Origin: an uncultured Thermoplasmatales archaeon
Lineage (GTDB): Archaea; Thermoplasmatota; E2; UBA202; DSCA01
Direction of reading: 5' to 3'
DNA: 54,957 bases
Assembly: GCA_964514975.1 (NCBI GenBank)
Contig: CAZESS010000015.1
Location: forward strand, 1-54,957
Shown: one piece after another, positions 18,001 to 24,665 of the stretch
Numbering within the stretch: position 1 is the first letter of the stretch
Layout: every line of letters begins with the position of its first letter
Translations under genes and position numbers: made by a program
Notes under the pieces: model-generated
Seen by the model: only the letters and a program-made list of their open reading frames with translations
Told to the model about the DNA's origin: nothing
Database searches by the model: none

Positions 18001-19932
18001 GTTGGCACAATGATAGTAGTCATAAGTGTTGCCAGAAAAGGTGTTGCCGAATATTTCTGCATATACCGTGTCATTCAGATGGACACCAATGTCACAATCT
18101 GAAATCGTGTTCCCCGTAATCGTCGCGTTTTTGCAGTCTCCATGCAGTTCAATTGCTTCAACCTGTTCAGTATGACCAAGCTGCGGAGAAATCGTGTTGC
18201 CTGAAATCATTACATTTTCAAACCCGGTGCCATTGCCATATCTCTTTAACATAATGCCAGCATTGGGATAGATGGGCTCATAGTTGAGATCACCAACGCC
18301 GGAGAGTACGTTGTTTTCTATGACAACATCGCTGTATACTGCAGCAGAGGGAACAAACTGTGGGCCTCCCCAAGTCTCCCAATTTTCGGCTTCCGTTTTG
18401 CTATTAAACATTACCCCAATGCCACCGTTACAGTTCATCGTATTGTTGTGTATCCATTGTGTAGCGGTTACATTGTTGGGTATGAGGAACGGTCCGCTGC
18501 TATTTTCCCAGTACTTAGGAAAATTAGTTATTTTAATAAGCCCGGGGGAACTCCAATTATAGACATCATCGAAATTCATCTCATTATGGCCGATTTCCAT
18601 TGCTCCACGGCATTCCTCTGTGCCAACAGCTTCCCACGGCGTGTTGAACACATTATTGCAGATTTTTATATCGGCATCGGTATGATCGAAATAGATGGTC
18701 CCCATTTCGAAGGTATTGTTCGTAAATGTCCATTGCCCCGGGTTATCGTCGGGCAGAGCCATTGCATCAAAGCCGATGACAGTTGTCCAAGCAGCGCTTT
18801 CAGATGCATCAATAGTGAATCCATCTATGGTAAGGTCACCGTAAGCTTCTATTTTTATCTTTGTACCGCCAGTTAAAGAGGACCCATTTATGATGGTCTG
18901 ATTTGCACCAGCCCCCTGTAACGTAAGCGGTTTATCTATGAGAAGTGACTGGTTGTAGGTGCCGTTGCCGACGCAGATTGTATGGCCAGGGCTTGCTTCA
19001 TCAATGGCGGTCTGTATTGACTGTCCGTCATAGATAATGGCGTCACATGGTCCCCCGGAGATATAGTCGTACCATCCACCCAGGTAAACATGTGTAATCC
19101 TGCCGGCGGTTACGTTGCCATCGATGTAGTTATTTACCATTTCACGTGTAAATGTGCCTCCGCTGAAAACCTGCAGCCAGTATCCAAAGTCAGAGCCGGC
19201 TGCATTGAACACATTGTTCGTCATCTGTATCGGGACCTGCTCCCCGGTTGCATAGAACTCCGTTCCGATAAACATTGTCCGTCTCTCGCTCCACAAGTTA
19301 AATGTGTTATCATTAAGAGATACACCAGTCGCCCCCTGCTGAGCATAGACACCGTACGTCAGACTATAGTTTACATTGGTAAGATCGAAGGTGGAATCGT
19401 TCAACGTCATCTCCTCGCCGTTTTGGACTGAAATGCCGACCAGGTTAACATATTGTGCTGAAAGAGTGTTTGTCTGCGTTATGTCCAGGTTGGTCGCTGT
19501 CAGTGTTCCGCTTCGCACACCGACCACAATCCATTCAGAGCCCGCTGTTGAAAGACCCGACCACGATGAGGTATCTGCGGTAGAGAGATCCTGGATGGTG
19601 AGATTATTGATGACGACGTCAGCGCCGCTTTCAATATCTATCCCTGCATCTATCACCGCGTTGTTGCCCTCGATGGTCAAATCCTTGTCGACGATAATCC
19701 TTGTCCCATCATGCGTATATCCACTGGCGATGTTGATGGTATCGTCAGCAGTGGCGTTGTCTATCGCCTGCTGGATGGTGGGGTAATCGCTGGGCACGTC
19801 AATCGTTGCCGCATCCGCCTGCACCGCTCCAAATGCGAGCAGGGCTACCGCCGCGATGGCTATCGCTGCGAAGATTACACTTCTCTTTCCTACAAAATTC
19901 ATGCTGTGTTGCTTATCGCTTTTGCGTCTCAT
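6082..19932 (-). CDS. Giant secreted/surface glycoprotein (4616 aa): parallel beta-helix (NosD/pectin-lyase-like) domains, ~25 Ig-like repeats, LamG domain
   Basis: Signal peptide; repeated IQxAIDxA..GDTIxV beta-helix caps; repeats starting VD(D/N/S)xPP with YAVDNLGNxE; LamG signature ALDFNGSNYVEVP..WTVEAWI..DGQWHHIVAT..FEGAIDDVRIYD. Confidence 0.9.
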   Translation of the reverse strand: MRRKSDKQHSMNFVGKRSVIFAAIAIAAVALLAFGAVQADAATIDVPSDYPTIQQAIDNATADDTINIASGYTHDGTRIIVDKDLTIEGNNAVIDAGIDIESGADVVINNLTIQDLSTADTSSWSGLSTAGSEWIVVGVRSGTLTATNLDITQTNTLSAQYVNLVGISVQNGEEMTLNDSTFDLTNVNYSLTYGVYAQQGATGVSLNDNTFNLWSERRTMFIGTEFYATGEQVPIQMTNNVFNAAGSDFGYWLQVFSGGTFTREMVNNYIDGNVTAGRITHVYLGGWYDYISGGPCDAIIYDGQSIQTAIDEASPGHTICVGNGTYNQSLLIDKPLTLQGAGANQTIINGSSLTGGTKIKIEAYGDLTIDGFTIDASESAAWTTVIGFDAMALPDDNPGQWTFTNNTFEMGTIYFDHTDADIKICNNVFNTPWEAVGTEECRGAMEIGHNEMNFDDVYNWSSPGLIKITNFPKYWENSSGPFLIPNNVTATQWIHNNTMNCNGGIGVMFNSKTEAENWETWGGPQFVPSAAVYSDVVIENNVLSGVGDLNYEPIYPNAGIMLKRYGNGTGFENVMISGNTISPQLGHTEQVEAIELHGDCKNATITGNTISDCDIGVHLNDTVYAEIFGNTFSGNTYDYYHCANIDGADGYWASIQDAIDNVTSTMVDIYPGTYLENVYMDNKTDITIQSVEGPGSTIINAAQTGEAPPCSPTTHVHPGFYIRGCDNITIQGLTIKDVILNATSGDIYADGASNPYLMNSILLFGSSNCTIMDNVIENFYYGIHLSGGQYDLQGVACNDNRIVNNTIDGKDVAWYGINMWDDANIDGQQDNVIAENTISGCYYNIYAGYDAVNTTIVNNTVTGSPDLVDYFYTWGTYYDPPESLDNGYGIRITGDGVTSTGTVGGHLISGNTVSDCKMGVLLNTFNVTVEKNNIYNNGNGSGIDDYLHPVTGTEIHNNNIYGNRHYGVLNIAATVVNATYNWWGHSTGPYHNATDTPYGQGDNVSDNVDFRPWLDDTWPDDDYNNSQESGVEDSYYEDVPAGTETTTGGKDETGTTVTVNTSTPASVTTLKYEENPEGDAVGGYALDGTFVDVSMNDTSGVDWPINITIYYTAADLTASGLDEGDLQGVFFWNGTAGEWQLCNVTGVNTDYFDGTYIGYVWAHVWHLSPHAAGGSDNQAPTTTKTVGEPKWGPTGGANYVTSSTEFNFTAVDNPSGGSGVNATYYRVWYNGAWTPAPSTGVGLNDNFMVYTGNFTLSGECIHYLEFYSDDNAGNMEAVTNQTHRVDDTPPQSGLQVGDPKWPQSQGATYITTSTELTLFAQDIYGDCNVGSWRIHYRLWNQTDGWTTWQVGGIGDVVHVTFDEECKHYIEYYAVDNLDNTETTIHNRSFYVDDTPPSSAIERGEPSCGNYALDFNGSNYVEVPHAASLDMGSSDWTVEAWIQTSSDSRGGIVRKNAIGNWQPAYDLEMQSSGRIRWLIDDGTNSASLTSSVTINDGQWHHIVATRNGGTIELYIDGSLDSSAAAGTVGAVTTGNELYIGCMADGSPPPYLGFEGAIDDVRIYDDALSAADVQNNYNQNVVTSNLVSWWDFNEGSGSTATDVEDGNDGTIYGATYTTNTPYACVTTATPIYVNATDPGAPCAADNSSIWYRIWNGTWTTWQRTYYQDLILTFDEECKHYLEYYTEDSLGNGDGVIHNITFYVDDSAPTIDKTVGTPNIPGGGMPDFYVTTGTPITIDATNAGCCPSMTVEYRIWNATYDSGWMEITVSDTIYMPDECMHNLSIRAYDCVGNIVYDNETFYVDDSPPTSTKEYGTPYYEGEPVDWDVPYFTGTLDHYITSDTTIYLNATDNPGMCASGVDHIEYYINRWDGSSWQGVASWDTYTGPFTLSSIGDNNSCLHRIRVRSFDELGHIESSHLQHVMVDNTPPVTWKEHDGPMYMENETMTVSASLSSETEWYTSEPAGFWIPQVFGSDIVLPDPLTSVLWAEQEWSGTTTGALVGTITMYHNSFIPTNGTYATQGFGYGSFTWSDGSGGWFNGTYVTDHTGFPSTTHGRIYATGDGTYDGQYFEGEFTGSASGSSLSLSVTFHYTTYVTTTSEITINATDNLSKCSVGSYQIYYRYWKIGDPIPDFTTGPMNSSVMFSFDEECEHMLEWYVVDDLGTETMHYYQHYRVDDTPPMVTKEYGNPTGVCDGNRCITTTTPIYLNATDAGDCAVGSYQIFWRIWDMTGGWGAWQSGPLNSNVSFTVPDECKHYIEYYAVDDLGNYGLAPGTYYVDDDFDASTAGWGVTHFDSIQDAIDAASDGDTIYVYAGTYTEAITIDKELSLYGAQANVEPVEGGRSGGESTIADPSPTTTGFTVVIRADNVVFNGFEVIDFYTAIDVRGPVNATRSNVVLAYNYVHSTYAWSGITVGHDPDAGTDSTGSGYFEDIVITHNRINASATNPSAPGPGYVNAELGFTSGFTDFITYTDVEVSYNDIQNPDGSYGIFAGGDPNDFEFHNPVIKGNHIHDCGTGINVYNLIDAQVHCNLFENCSYHGAQINVRGGTITNNTFQYIGPSPYWPYSGYYYPSYGLALWGTSYGPVGSHNVSVEYNTFYYNNFSPEEENAARALTGCDVSTIEFHYNNFYDGGAEPGALALKNYETDTMDAENNWWDTTVESEIQDRLNGSIDYDPWESSAVSIGPCPTPPTPPAMDLPSPYYVHNQTFYVDDVGPSIDKTVGDPNITVTADEEYYVTTLTPIYIDATDPGCCPGMTVEISVNGGAWQEITVPYVFNFNDECTHTLDIRAYDCLGRTVYDNETFHVDSTPPLVNKTVVGGGYDDGTGNYYVNHDATVYLNVTELPDCSEGNWTLHYRIWWDGGYLVNTTTDTNFSYGFSEDCIHYFEYWVEDELGNRWPTTGWHNETFYVDSVPPTSSLEIGDPKYPHDTSTATHITTDTWLLMYGSDTGCPAVGMWEMHYRIWRDNTTLVQSGDGTLMQPFNITIIEECNHTIEYWATDYAGNEETPHNFRQLYVDDSAPDEDLNVGSPSFQSGSWFYVTLDTPIWLNATDMPASDCAVGNFTIHYRTQFNGTWTPWATSGSNVSIDFTENCTHRLQYWIEDELGNRFPSSGYRTWGFHVGGGLPDATLQFGSPYYMDYITKYTPIYINATGDMAHTNYQIYYNVNNGSWHTGAWNSNVTFTFDDIGVMDNCTHTIYYNITNNMGEWEEYNYTVNVDNIKPTVNKDVGMPQYGENVTSDTPFWLNVSDAGSCSSGIAELNYRIYYNGSWHTYTTYGNTTFTFGDFVWNGECEHTIEAYAVDNLGHESTLIYQTHYVDDTPPTTEKEYGSPFYVGSPVYWNVPYFTGTLDHYITSETPIYLNATDNTVGCASGVDHIEYYINRWNGASWETVTAWTPYTGAFNLSSLGDDNNCLHRFSIRSFDNLGNMEDSWRQHVMVDNTPPDVTKEVGEPKMMVGLDEYCIETGTPIWINATDNGTLDCVVGSVHLHYRIWYNGSWTYYNESVPSGTISEEIYLPEECTHYLEFYVEDNLGNRWPASGWHNETFHVDDYPPVLYKTVGDPNVTVTPGDEYYVTTGTPITIDAETGCCDMTVMYNNGSGWVDITGSLPYVHYFDSECDHWLNVTITDAMGRTVYDNETFHVDDTPPTTTLEYGTPYYTSGGDEWITTGTTVYLNATDHPACASGVAWINYSTDGGATWDTVYANETFTIPTECSHTIQWYAVDELGNTETTHSTDVNVDSTPPSTTIEYGGMHYTDGTDTWISTGTTIYLNATDGPACASGVATIYYTYNGTWQTASGDVSFTIPDNCTHTLEWYAVDNLGHTETTHTQTVNVDDAAPSTTLEYGTPYYTDGTEEWITPDTTIYLNATDHPACASGVAEIWYNYGAGWNTVVGSQATFDIPDECTHSIEWYAVDNLGHEETHHFTDVNVDDTAPTATLELGTPYYTDGTTEWITSDTTIYINTTEYPACASGIAEIVYSYDGGTSWYSVAATQTTFSIPVECNHTLIWYAVDNLGNEGTHHTRDVKVDNTPPAIENTVGEPKVVVFPGDKYYITSSTVIDFTASDQGCSGGVGWKNITYRTWYNGSWSNWTTVTPLRYTITLSGEGVHYLEIIASDELGNTGYDNVTFIVDDTPPDINKTVGIPSDPGCSYNDWVVETGTDIILSATDASPALAIQYSLDGGAWTSVANPYVFNFPTTGIHTLDIRATDGLGHVSYDNETFWVASDMSDSTPPTSWHTPTWIENSNPTPNTKITIKAEDDDNPWQIHYRINGGAEKTGDVNQYVNLHFTPGQITLEYWAVDLACNEETPHHVIEFRVAMGDITDLIFFDGPHELVDGKHEITTETKIGFDFDKAQGMGITEIWYRVNKGTQITGEYSRYYTPFTLDEGTYTIYYYGIHQTGQKTPTASTTVYISGNEAPQTSITLNPSSPDGNDGWYTGAVTAMLSATDPDGDATTTYYRIDDGDWNEYTGPFTIREHDQHTISYYSVDTEDNEETPHSKTVKIDGDAPEITLHKPGGNLYIFNREIMPLPRGRTIIIGQISIEASVTDPATSGVDSATLYLDGTAKGMFQEEISYVLDETLFGEHTITIEAYDVAGNRAVKEITATILNIRIFGNAGP

Positions 19933-19978
19933 GTTTTGCCTCCGATTATAATATGAATGGGCTGTAGATATTTAAATG
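19933..19978 (-). promoter_or_regulatory. TATA box (TTTAAATA) and RBS GGAGG for the giant gene
   Basis: Minus strand reads CATTTAAATATC...TCGGAGGCAAAACATG. Confidence 0.55.
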
Positions 19979-20118
19979 TATTGGCCTGATGTGTCCATAT
20001 GCGTCACCCGTGTTACATTGTCGCAGACCCGACCGTCTCACCGGCGAAACGGCTGCAACGCGGCGGAACAACGACACTATATCAACGACACTATATATTA
20101 CAATACTATATAGGGCTG

Positions 20119-20967
20119 ATGCCAGACACGGACACATTACCGATTTTCGACAACCATCTCCATCTCCGCCGCGATGGCAAGGGCGTCCAGGCCGTCAAAG
20201 AGTTCGAGCGGGCCGGGGGCACCCATCTCGTGCTGTGTCAACTGCCCATGGTTGAACGCGTGATAGAGGGGCAGAGCTATCTGCCGTGCTACATGGACAC
20301 GCTGGCGCTCGCCGACGAGGCCATGCAAGCAACAGATGTCACCGTGTACGTTACCGTGGGCCCGTATCCCGTGGACTATCTCCGGCTGCGCGAACGATGT
20401 GGCCGGGACATGGCGATGGATGTCATGCGCCGCGGTATGGAGCAGGCGCAGCGATTATGCATCGATGGCGACGCGGTTGCTATCGGGGAGATCGGCCGCC
20501 CGCATTTCGACGTCGACGAGCAGGCCTGGCGGGATAGCAACATGCTGCTCCGGTATGGCATGGAACAAGCTGCCGCTGCAGACGTGCCCGTGGTGCTGCA
20601 CACCGAGTCATTGGATCCGGATGGCTTCGCCGGGCTGGCGGGGATGGCCGACAAAGCGGGGCTTGCCCGTGACATGGTGGTGAAGCATTTTTCGCCGCCG
20701 CTCGTACGGCAGCACGAGAACCATGGGTTGCTGCCGTCGGTGCTCGCCGGCGAGACGGCGCTGCGGACAGCACTGGAGAAGGGATGCCGGTTTGTGATGG
20801 AAACCGATTTTATTGATGACCCGTCTCGGCCTGGCGCCGTGCTTGGCCCGAAGACGGTGCCGCGTCGCACCCTGCAGCTTCGCGAGGAGGGTGTGATGAG
20901 CGATGAGGCGGCCCTGATGGTACACAAAAAGATTCCGGAGCGGATCTATGGGATTTGTGTGGATTAG
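20119..20967 (+). CDS. TatD-related metal-dependent hydrolase (archaeal amidohydrolase superfamily)
   Basis: Motifs DNHLHL, AIGEIGRPHF, VVLHTE, VVKHF and METDFIDDPSRPGAVLGP. Start moved to ATG 20119 (MPDTDTLPIFDNH). Confidence 0.85.
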   Translation: MPDTDTLPIFDNHLHLRRDGKGVQAVKEFERAGGTHLVLCQLPMVERVIEGQSYLPCYMDTLALADEAMQATDVTVYVTVGPYPVDYLRLRERCGRDMAMDVMRRGMEQAQRLCIDGDAVAIGEIGRPHFDVDEQAWRDSNMLLRYGMEQAAAADVPVVLHTESLDPDGFAGLAGMADKAGLARDMVVKHFSPPLVRQHENHGLLPSVLAGETALRTALEKGCRFVMETDFIDDPSRPGAVLGPKTVPRRTLQLREEGVMSDEAALMVHKKIPERIYGICVD

Positions 20968-21101
20968 CCGACGGTGCCGAACAGGGTTTCGGCGCTTTTG
21001 GGTGTGACGAGCTCGTTGCCGCAGCCGGGGCAGGTCCAGTAGACCTTGTGTCCCCATTCATGGTGCTTCATGCCGGTTCCACATTCAGGGCATCTCCTCA
21101 T
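20964..21101 (-). CDS. Small CPxCG-type zinc-finger protein (45 aa)
   Basis: Below the ORF-track cutoff. Manual translation MRRCPECGTGMKHHEWGHKVYWTCPGCGNELVTPKSAETLFGTVG has two CPxCG knuckles. Confidence 0.7.
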   Translation of the reverse strand: MRRCPECGTGMKHHEWGHKVYWTCPGCGNELVTPKSAETLFGTVG

Positions 21102-21197
21102 TTTATCATCATTTTGCTAGCATTATAGAACGTGCTTGCTGTATATAAACCTTGCGCATCATGTTTAAAAAAATATGCCGTTTACGGCGTGATAACC

Positions 21198-21668
21198 GTG
21201 CGGCCGACCTATGACGAGTATTTTATGCGCATCGCCTGCATCGTCGCCACCCGCTCCACCTGCCTGCGCCGCCACGTGGGCGCCATCATCGTCAAAAACA
21301 ACCACATCCTTTCAACGGGCTACAACGGCCCCCCGAAGGGCCTGCCGCACTGCGACCAGACGGGCTGCCTGCGCGCCGAGCGCAACGTCAAGCGGGGCGA
21401 GCGCCACGAGCTCTGCCGCGGCCTCCACGCGGAGCAGAACGCCATCATCCAGGCAGCCGTGTTCGGCGTCTCCATCAAAAATGGCACCATCTACTCGACG
21501 CATTTTCCGTGCAGCGTCTGCGCCAAGATGCTCATCAACGCCGAGCTGGAGGAACTCGTCTACCACCAGGGCTATCCCGACGCGCTGGCCGCCGACCTGC
21601 TGAAGGAAAGTAATATAAAGGTGAGACATATGGAGGGGCAATGCGGCAAAGAATCCTCCTCACCATAA
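21198..21668 (+). CDS. dCMP deaminase (ComEB/deoxycytidylate deaminase family)
   Basis: Motifs RPTYDEYFM, RSTCLRRHVGA, TGYNG, HAEQNAI and PCSVCAK. Start taken at GTG 21198. Confidence 0.9.
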   Translation: MRPTYDEYFMRIACIVATRSTCLRRHVGAIIVKNNHILSTGYNGPPKGLPHCDQTGCLRAERNVKRGERHELCRGLHAEQNAIIQAAVFGVSIKNGTIYSTHFPCSVCAKMLINAELEELVYHQGYPDALAADLLKESNIKVRHMEGQCGKESSSP

Positions 21669-22435
21669 GGGACATCGTTGCCGCGGTTGCCATCGTATGC
21701 ATCATTCTCGCAGCATTATGGGCATATACCGGGCAGTTCCCGGACACGCCGATGGTGGTCGTGACATCAGGCTCCATGATGCACGACGACGCCTCCTATG
21801 GAAAAATCGGCACCATCGACCCCGGCGACCTCGTGCTCGTCAAAAAAATCGACGGGCGAGACGACGTCACCCCGCGCGGCGCATCCTTCGCCCCGGAGAC
21901 AGGCCATCGCAGCTACGGCGACTACGGCGACGTCGTCATCTACTACCCGATGGGCAACGAGGGGCGCACCCCGGTCATCCACCGCGCCATCTGCTGGGTC
22001 GAGGTGCACAGCGACGGCACGTACACGGTCAGCGCCTACAACATCACCACCGCGCAGAGCGTCACCATCCCCGAGCTCCAGCTCTCCGGCTACCGGCCCA
22101 CCAACAGCGGCTTCATCACCAAGGGCGACAACAACCGGCTGCCCGACCAGTACCAGAGCGGCGGCATCTGCGCCGAGCCCGTCAAACCCGGATGGATCAT
22201 CGGCAAGGCACGCGGCGAGCTCCCCTGGTTCGGCCTCATAAAGCTCATGATCTACGGCAACGAAGGGGTCTACGGCGAACCCGGCTGGGTGAAAATTGGC
22301 AATGCCGTGGCGCCCAAGGACATCTGGGTCTGCCTCGGCCTGTCATTGCTGGGCATCGCCGCCGTCCCCATCTCGCTCGACGCCTACGAATACTACCGGC
22401 GCCGGCAGAACGAAAAAAAATACGGTGAATTTTAG
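21641..22435 (+). CDS. sec11: Archaeal signal peptidase I (S26, Sec11-like)
   Basis: N-terminal TM helix, catalytic Ser in VVTSGSM, GDLV, catalytic His in VIHRA, FITKGDNN, and a C-terminal TM helix. Confidence 0.85.
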   Translation: MRQRILLTIRDIVAAVAIVCIILAALWAYTGQFPDTPMVVVTSGSMMHDDASYGKIGTIDPGDLVLVKKIDGRDDVTPRGASFAPETGHRSYGDYGDVVIYYPMGNEGRTPVIHRAICWVEVHSDGTYTVSAYNITTAQSVTIPELQLSGYRPTNSGFITKGDNNRLPDQYQSGGICAEPVKPGWIIGKARGELPWFGLIKLMIYGNEGVYGEPGWVKIGNAVAPKDIWVCLGLSLLGIAAVPISLDAYEYYRRRQNEKKYGEF

Positions 22436-23679
22436 AGCAGGCGGGACTGTATCTTCACCTTCAACCCCTGCAGATCCGACACGTCGGGCACGATGTCGTC
22501 ATCCGACAGGATATCAGCGATTTTTTCCATCGAGGTCGCCACCTGTATCTCCTTCGTCCGGCCGTAGCGTCCCTTCGAAATCACGCGGGCCGTGATGATG
22601 CCGAGCATGTCCAGCTCAGAGATAAGGTCGGCGATGCGGCGCTGCGTCAGCACGTCCATCCCCGCCCGCTTGCACAGTTGCTTGTAGACGTTGTACACGT
22701 CGCCCGTGTTGGGCGCGCTCTCGAACACCTGGTTGCCGACGACCGCCGCCGTCAGCACGAGCTTGGACTGCGCGGGCAATGTCAGGATGACCTCCTTCAC
22801 CCGGTCGATCTCGATCTTGTTGACCGCCATCCGGGCATGGCGCTCATGGATGTTCGCCTCGCCGGCGCGGTCCGCGATCTCGGCGGAGACGCGCAGCAGG
22901 TCCAGCGCGCGGCGTGCATCGCCATGTTCCTGCGCGGCCAGCGCCGAGCACAGGGCGGTGACGGAGCCGTCGAGCGCGTTTGGACGGAACGCCTTGGACG
23001 AGCGGGCGCTCAGGATGTTGTCCAGCTGGTCTGCCGTGTATGGCGGAAATATCATGTTTTCCTCGCCGAGCGATGACTTGACGCGCGGGTCGAGAAACTC
23101 GGTGAACTTGAGGTCGTTGGAGATGCCGATGATGGAGGTCTTCGCTTCCTTGAGGTCGTTGTTCATCCGGGAGAGGTTGTAGAGCGCCTCGTCGCCCTTG
23201 AGCTTGTCGACCTCGTCGAGCACGATGACGACGACGCCCTTGCTGTTTTCGATGCGGTGGACGAGCTGCGCGTAAACCTCGTCGGTCGGCCATCCCGTGA
23301 AGGGCACGCGCTCTGACCAGTCCTGGATGAAATGGTTGGAGATGTTCTGGAGCACCCTGTACTGCGTGTCGACGATTTCGCAGTTGATGTAGATGAAATG
23401 GGTGGGCCGCTGCAGTTCCTGCCCTTTTTCGTAGAGATGGGAGCCGACGTATTTGGTGACGGCTGTTTTGCCGGTCCCGGTTTTGCCGTACATGAACACG
23501 TTTGACGGCGTTTCCCCTTTGAGCGCCGGTACCAGTATGGAGGCGAGCTCCTCTATCTGGTGCTCGCGGTGTGGCAAAACGTCAGGCACGTATGAAGGAC
23601 GTAAAACTTCCTTGTTCTTAAATATGTCGCTGGTTCTCAGTAGCGAATTGAAGATGTCATCGGACATTTCTTCCCCCAT
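22432..23679 (-). CDS. cdc6: Orc1/Cdc6 replication initiator
   Basis: LPHREHQI, Walker A GKTGTGKT, Walker B IVLDEVD, GDARRALDLLR, and winged-helix ISELDMLGII..GRYGRT. Confidence 0.97.
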   Translation of the reverse strand: MGEEMSDDIFNSLLRTSDIFKNKEVLRPSYVPDVLPHREHQIEELASILVPALKGETPSNVFMYGKTGTGKTAVTKYVGSHLYEKGQELQRPTHFIYINCEIVDTQYRVLQNISNHFIQDWSERVPFTGWPTDEVYAQLVHRIENSKGVVVIVLDEVDKLKGDEALYNLSRMNNDLKEAKTSIIGISNDLKFTEFLDPRVKSSLGEENMIFPPYTADQLDNILSARSSKAFRPNALDGSVTALCSALAAQEHGDARRALDLLRVSAEIADRAGEANIHERHARMAVNKIEIDRVKEVILTLPAQSKLVLTAAVVGNQVFESAPNTGDVYNVYKQLCKRAGMDVLTQRRIADLISELDMLGIITARVISKGRYGRTKEIQVATSMEKIADILSDDDIVPDVSDLQGLKVKIQSRLL

Positions 23680-23732
23680 TCATCCGAATACGAGGAGGCT
23701 AAATAAACCTTGTGCGTGATGTGTTAGCATGT

Positions 23733-23754
23733 TCGTCAGAGGCCAATCTGACGA
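23733..23754. promoter_or_regulatory. Perfect 8-bp inverted repeat in the cdc6/E1 divergent intergenic region, a candidate regulator site
   Basis: TCGTCAGA-ggccaa-TCTGACGA lies between TATA-like elements at ~23702 (for cdc6) and ~23816 (for E1). Confidence 0.35.
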
Positions 23755-23841
23755 CGGCAACAATTAAAAACGGCGCGATGCAGCCATGGACGAACACCGC
23801 GGGCATGACAAATCCTTTAACGGCCATATCCATGTGCCGGT

Positions 23842-24636
23842 ATGGGCGAGCCAGCACTGCGCCCCGGCGACGCCGACCGTGACAGATACGACCGGTCGAA
23901 ACGCTTCGGCTGGTTTGACCGCGATGCGGTACGCGACGCGGCGGTGCTGGTCGCGGGAGCCGGGGCGCTCGGCAACGAAACATGCAAGGACCTCATCCTG
24001 TCCGGGTTCAGAAACATTTCGCTCGTCGACATGGACCACGTCGTCCATTCCAACCGCAACCGCTGCCTGTTTTTCTCCGATGCGGATGCCCGCCGACGGC
24101 GGGACAAGGCACGGGTCATCGCGGATAAAGCTGCAACGCTTGCGGCCGACGTAACCATCACGCCGCATGTGGAACGGATACAGGACCTGCCGGGGGATTT
24201 CATCGCCCGCCACGACGTGGTGCTCGGCTGCCTGGACAACATCGAGGCGAGGCTGCACGTCAACGCCCACGCCTGCCGTCACAAGACACCCTACATCGAC
24301 GGCGGCACCCGCGGCCTCGTCGGCAAGGTGCAGGTCGTCGTCCCGCCCGACACGAGCTGCCTGGAATGCGGGATGAACGCGACGCACCACCAGGTGAAGG
24401 ACGTCCGCTACAGCTGCACCGGCAACGATGTCACCGTCTACGAGCCGAAGATGGCCTCGGATGTCAACACCACGAGCATCATCTCCGCGGTGCAGGTGCA
24501 GGAGGCGCTCAAGCTGGCGAACGGGCGCCGTGAACGGCTCATCGAAAACATGTTTTACTACGACGGCAACCGCAACGTCGCCGACGTCGTCGAGGTGCCC
24601 ATCGCTCCGGCATGCCCACACCATGATGAGCGATAG
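23842..24636 (+). CDS. Ubiquitin-activating E1-like enzyme (ThiF/MoeB/E1 superfamily, Uba2/Uba3-like motifs)
   Basis: RYDR, GAGALGNE, DMDHVVHSNRNR, CLDNIEAR, IDGGTRGLVG, Zn motif CLEC, putative catalytic Cys in YSCT, and C-terminal CPHH. Confidence 0.9.
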   Translation: MGEPALRPGDADRDRYDRSKRFGWFDRDAVRDAAVLVAGAGALGNETCKDLILSGFRNISLVDMDHVVHSNRNRCLFFSDADARRRRDKARVIADKAATLAADVTITPHVERIQDLPGDFIARHDVVLGCLDNIEARLHVNAHACRHKTPYIDGGTRGLVGKVQVVVPPDTSCLECGMNATHHQVKDVRYSCTGNDVTVYEPKMASDVNTTSIISAVQVQEALKLANGRRERLIENMFYYDGNRNVADVVEVPIAPACPHHDER

Positions 24637-24665
24637 ATATTTATGTGCCTCGATTAATTTATACC

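Noticed and set aside
23680-23841. Possible replication origin next to cdc6
   Set aside because: No ORB-like repeats (TCCAxTGGAAAxxAAGGGG) and no extended AT-rich unwinding element are visible; the gap is only 162 bp.
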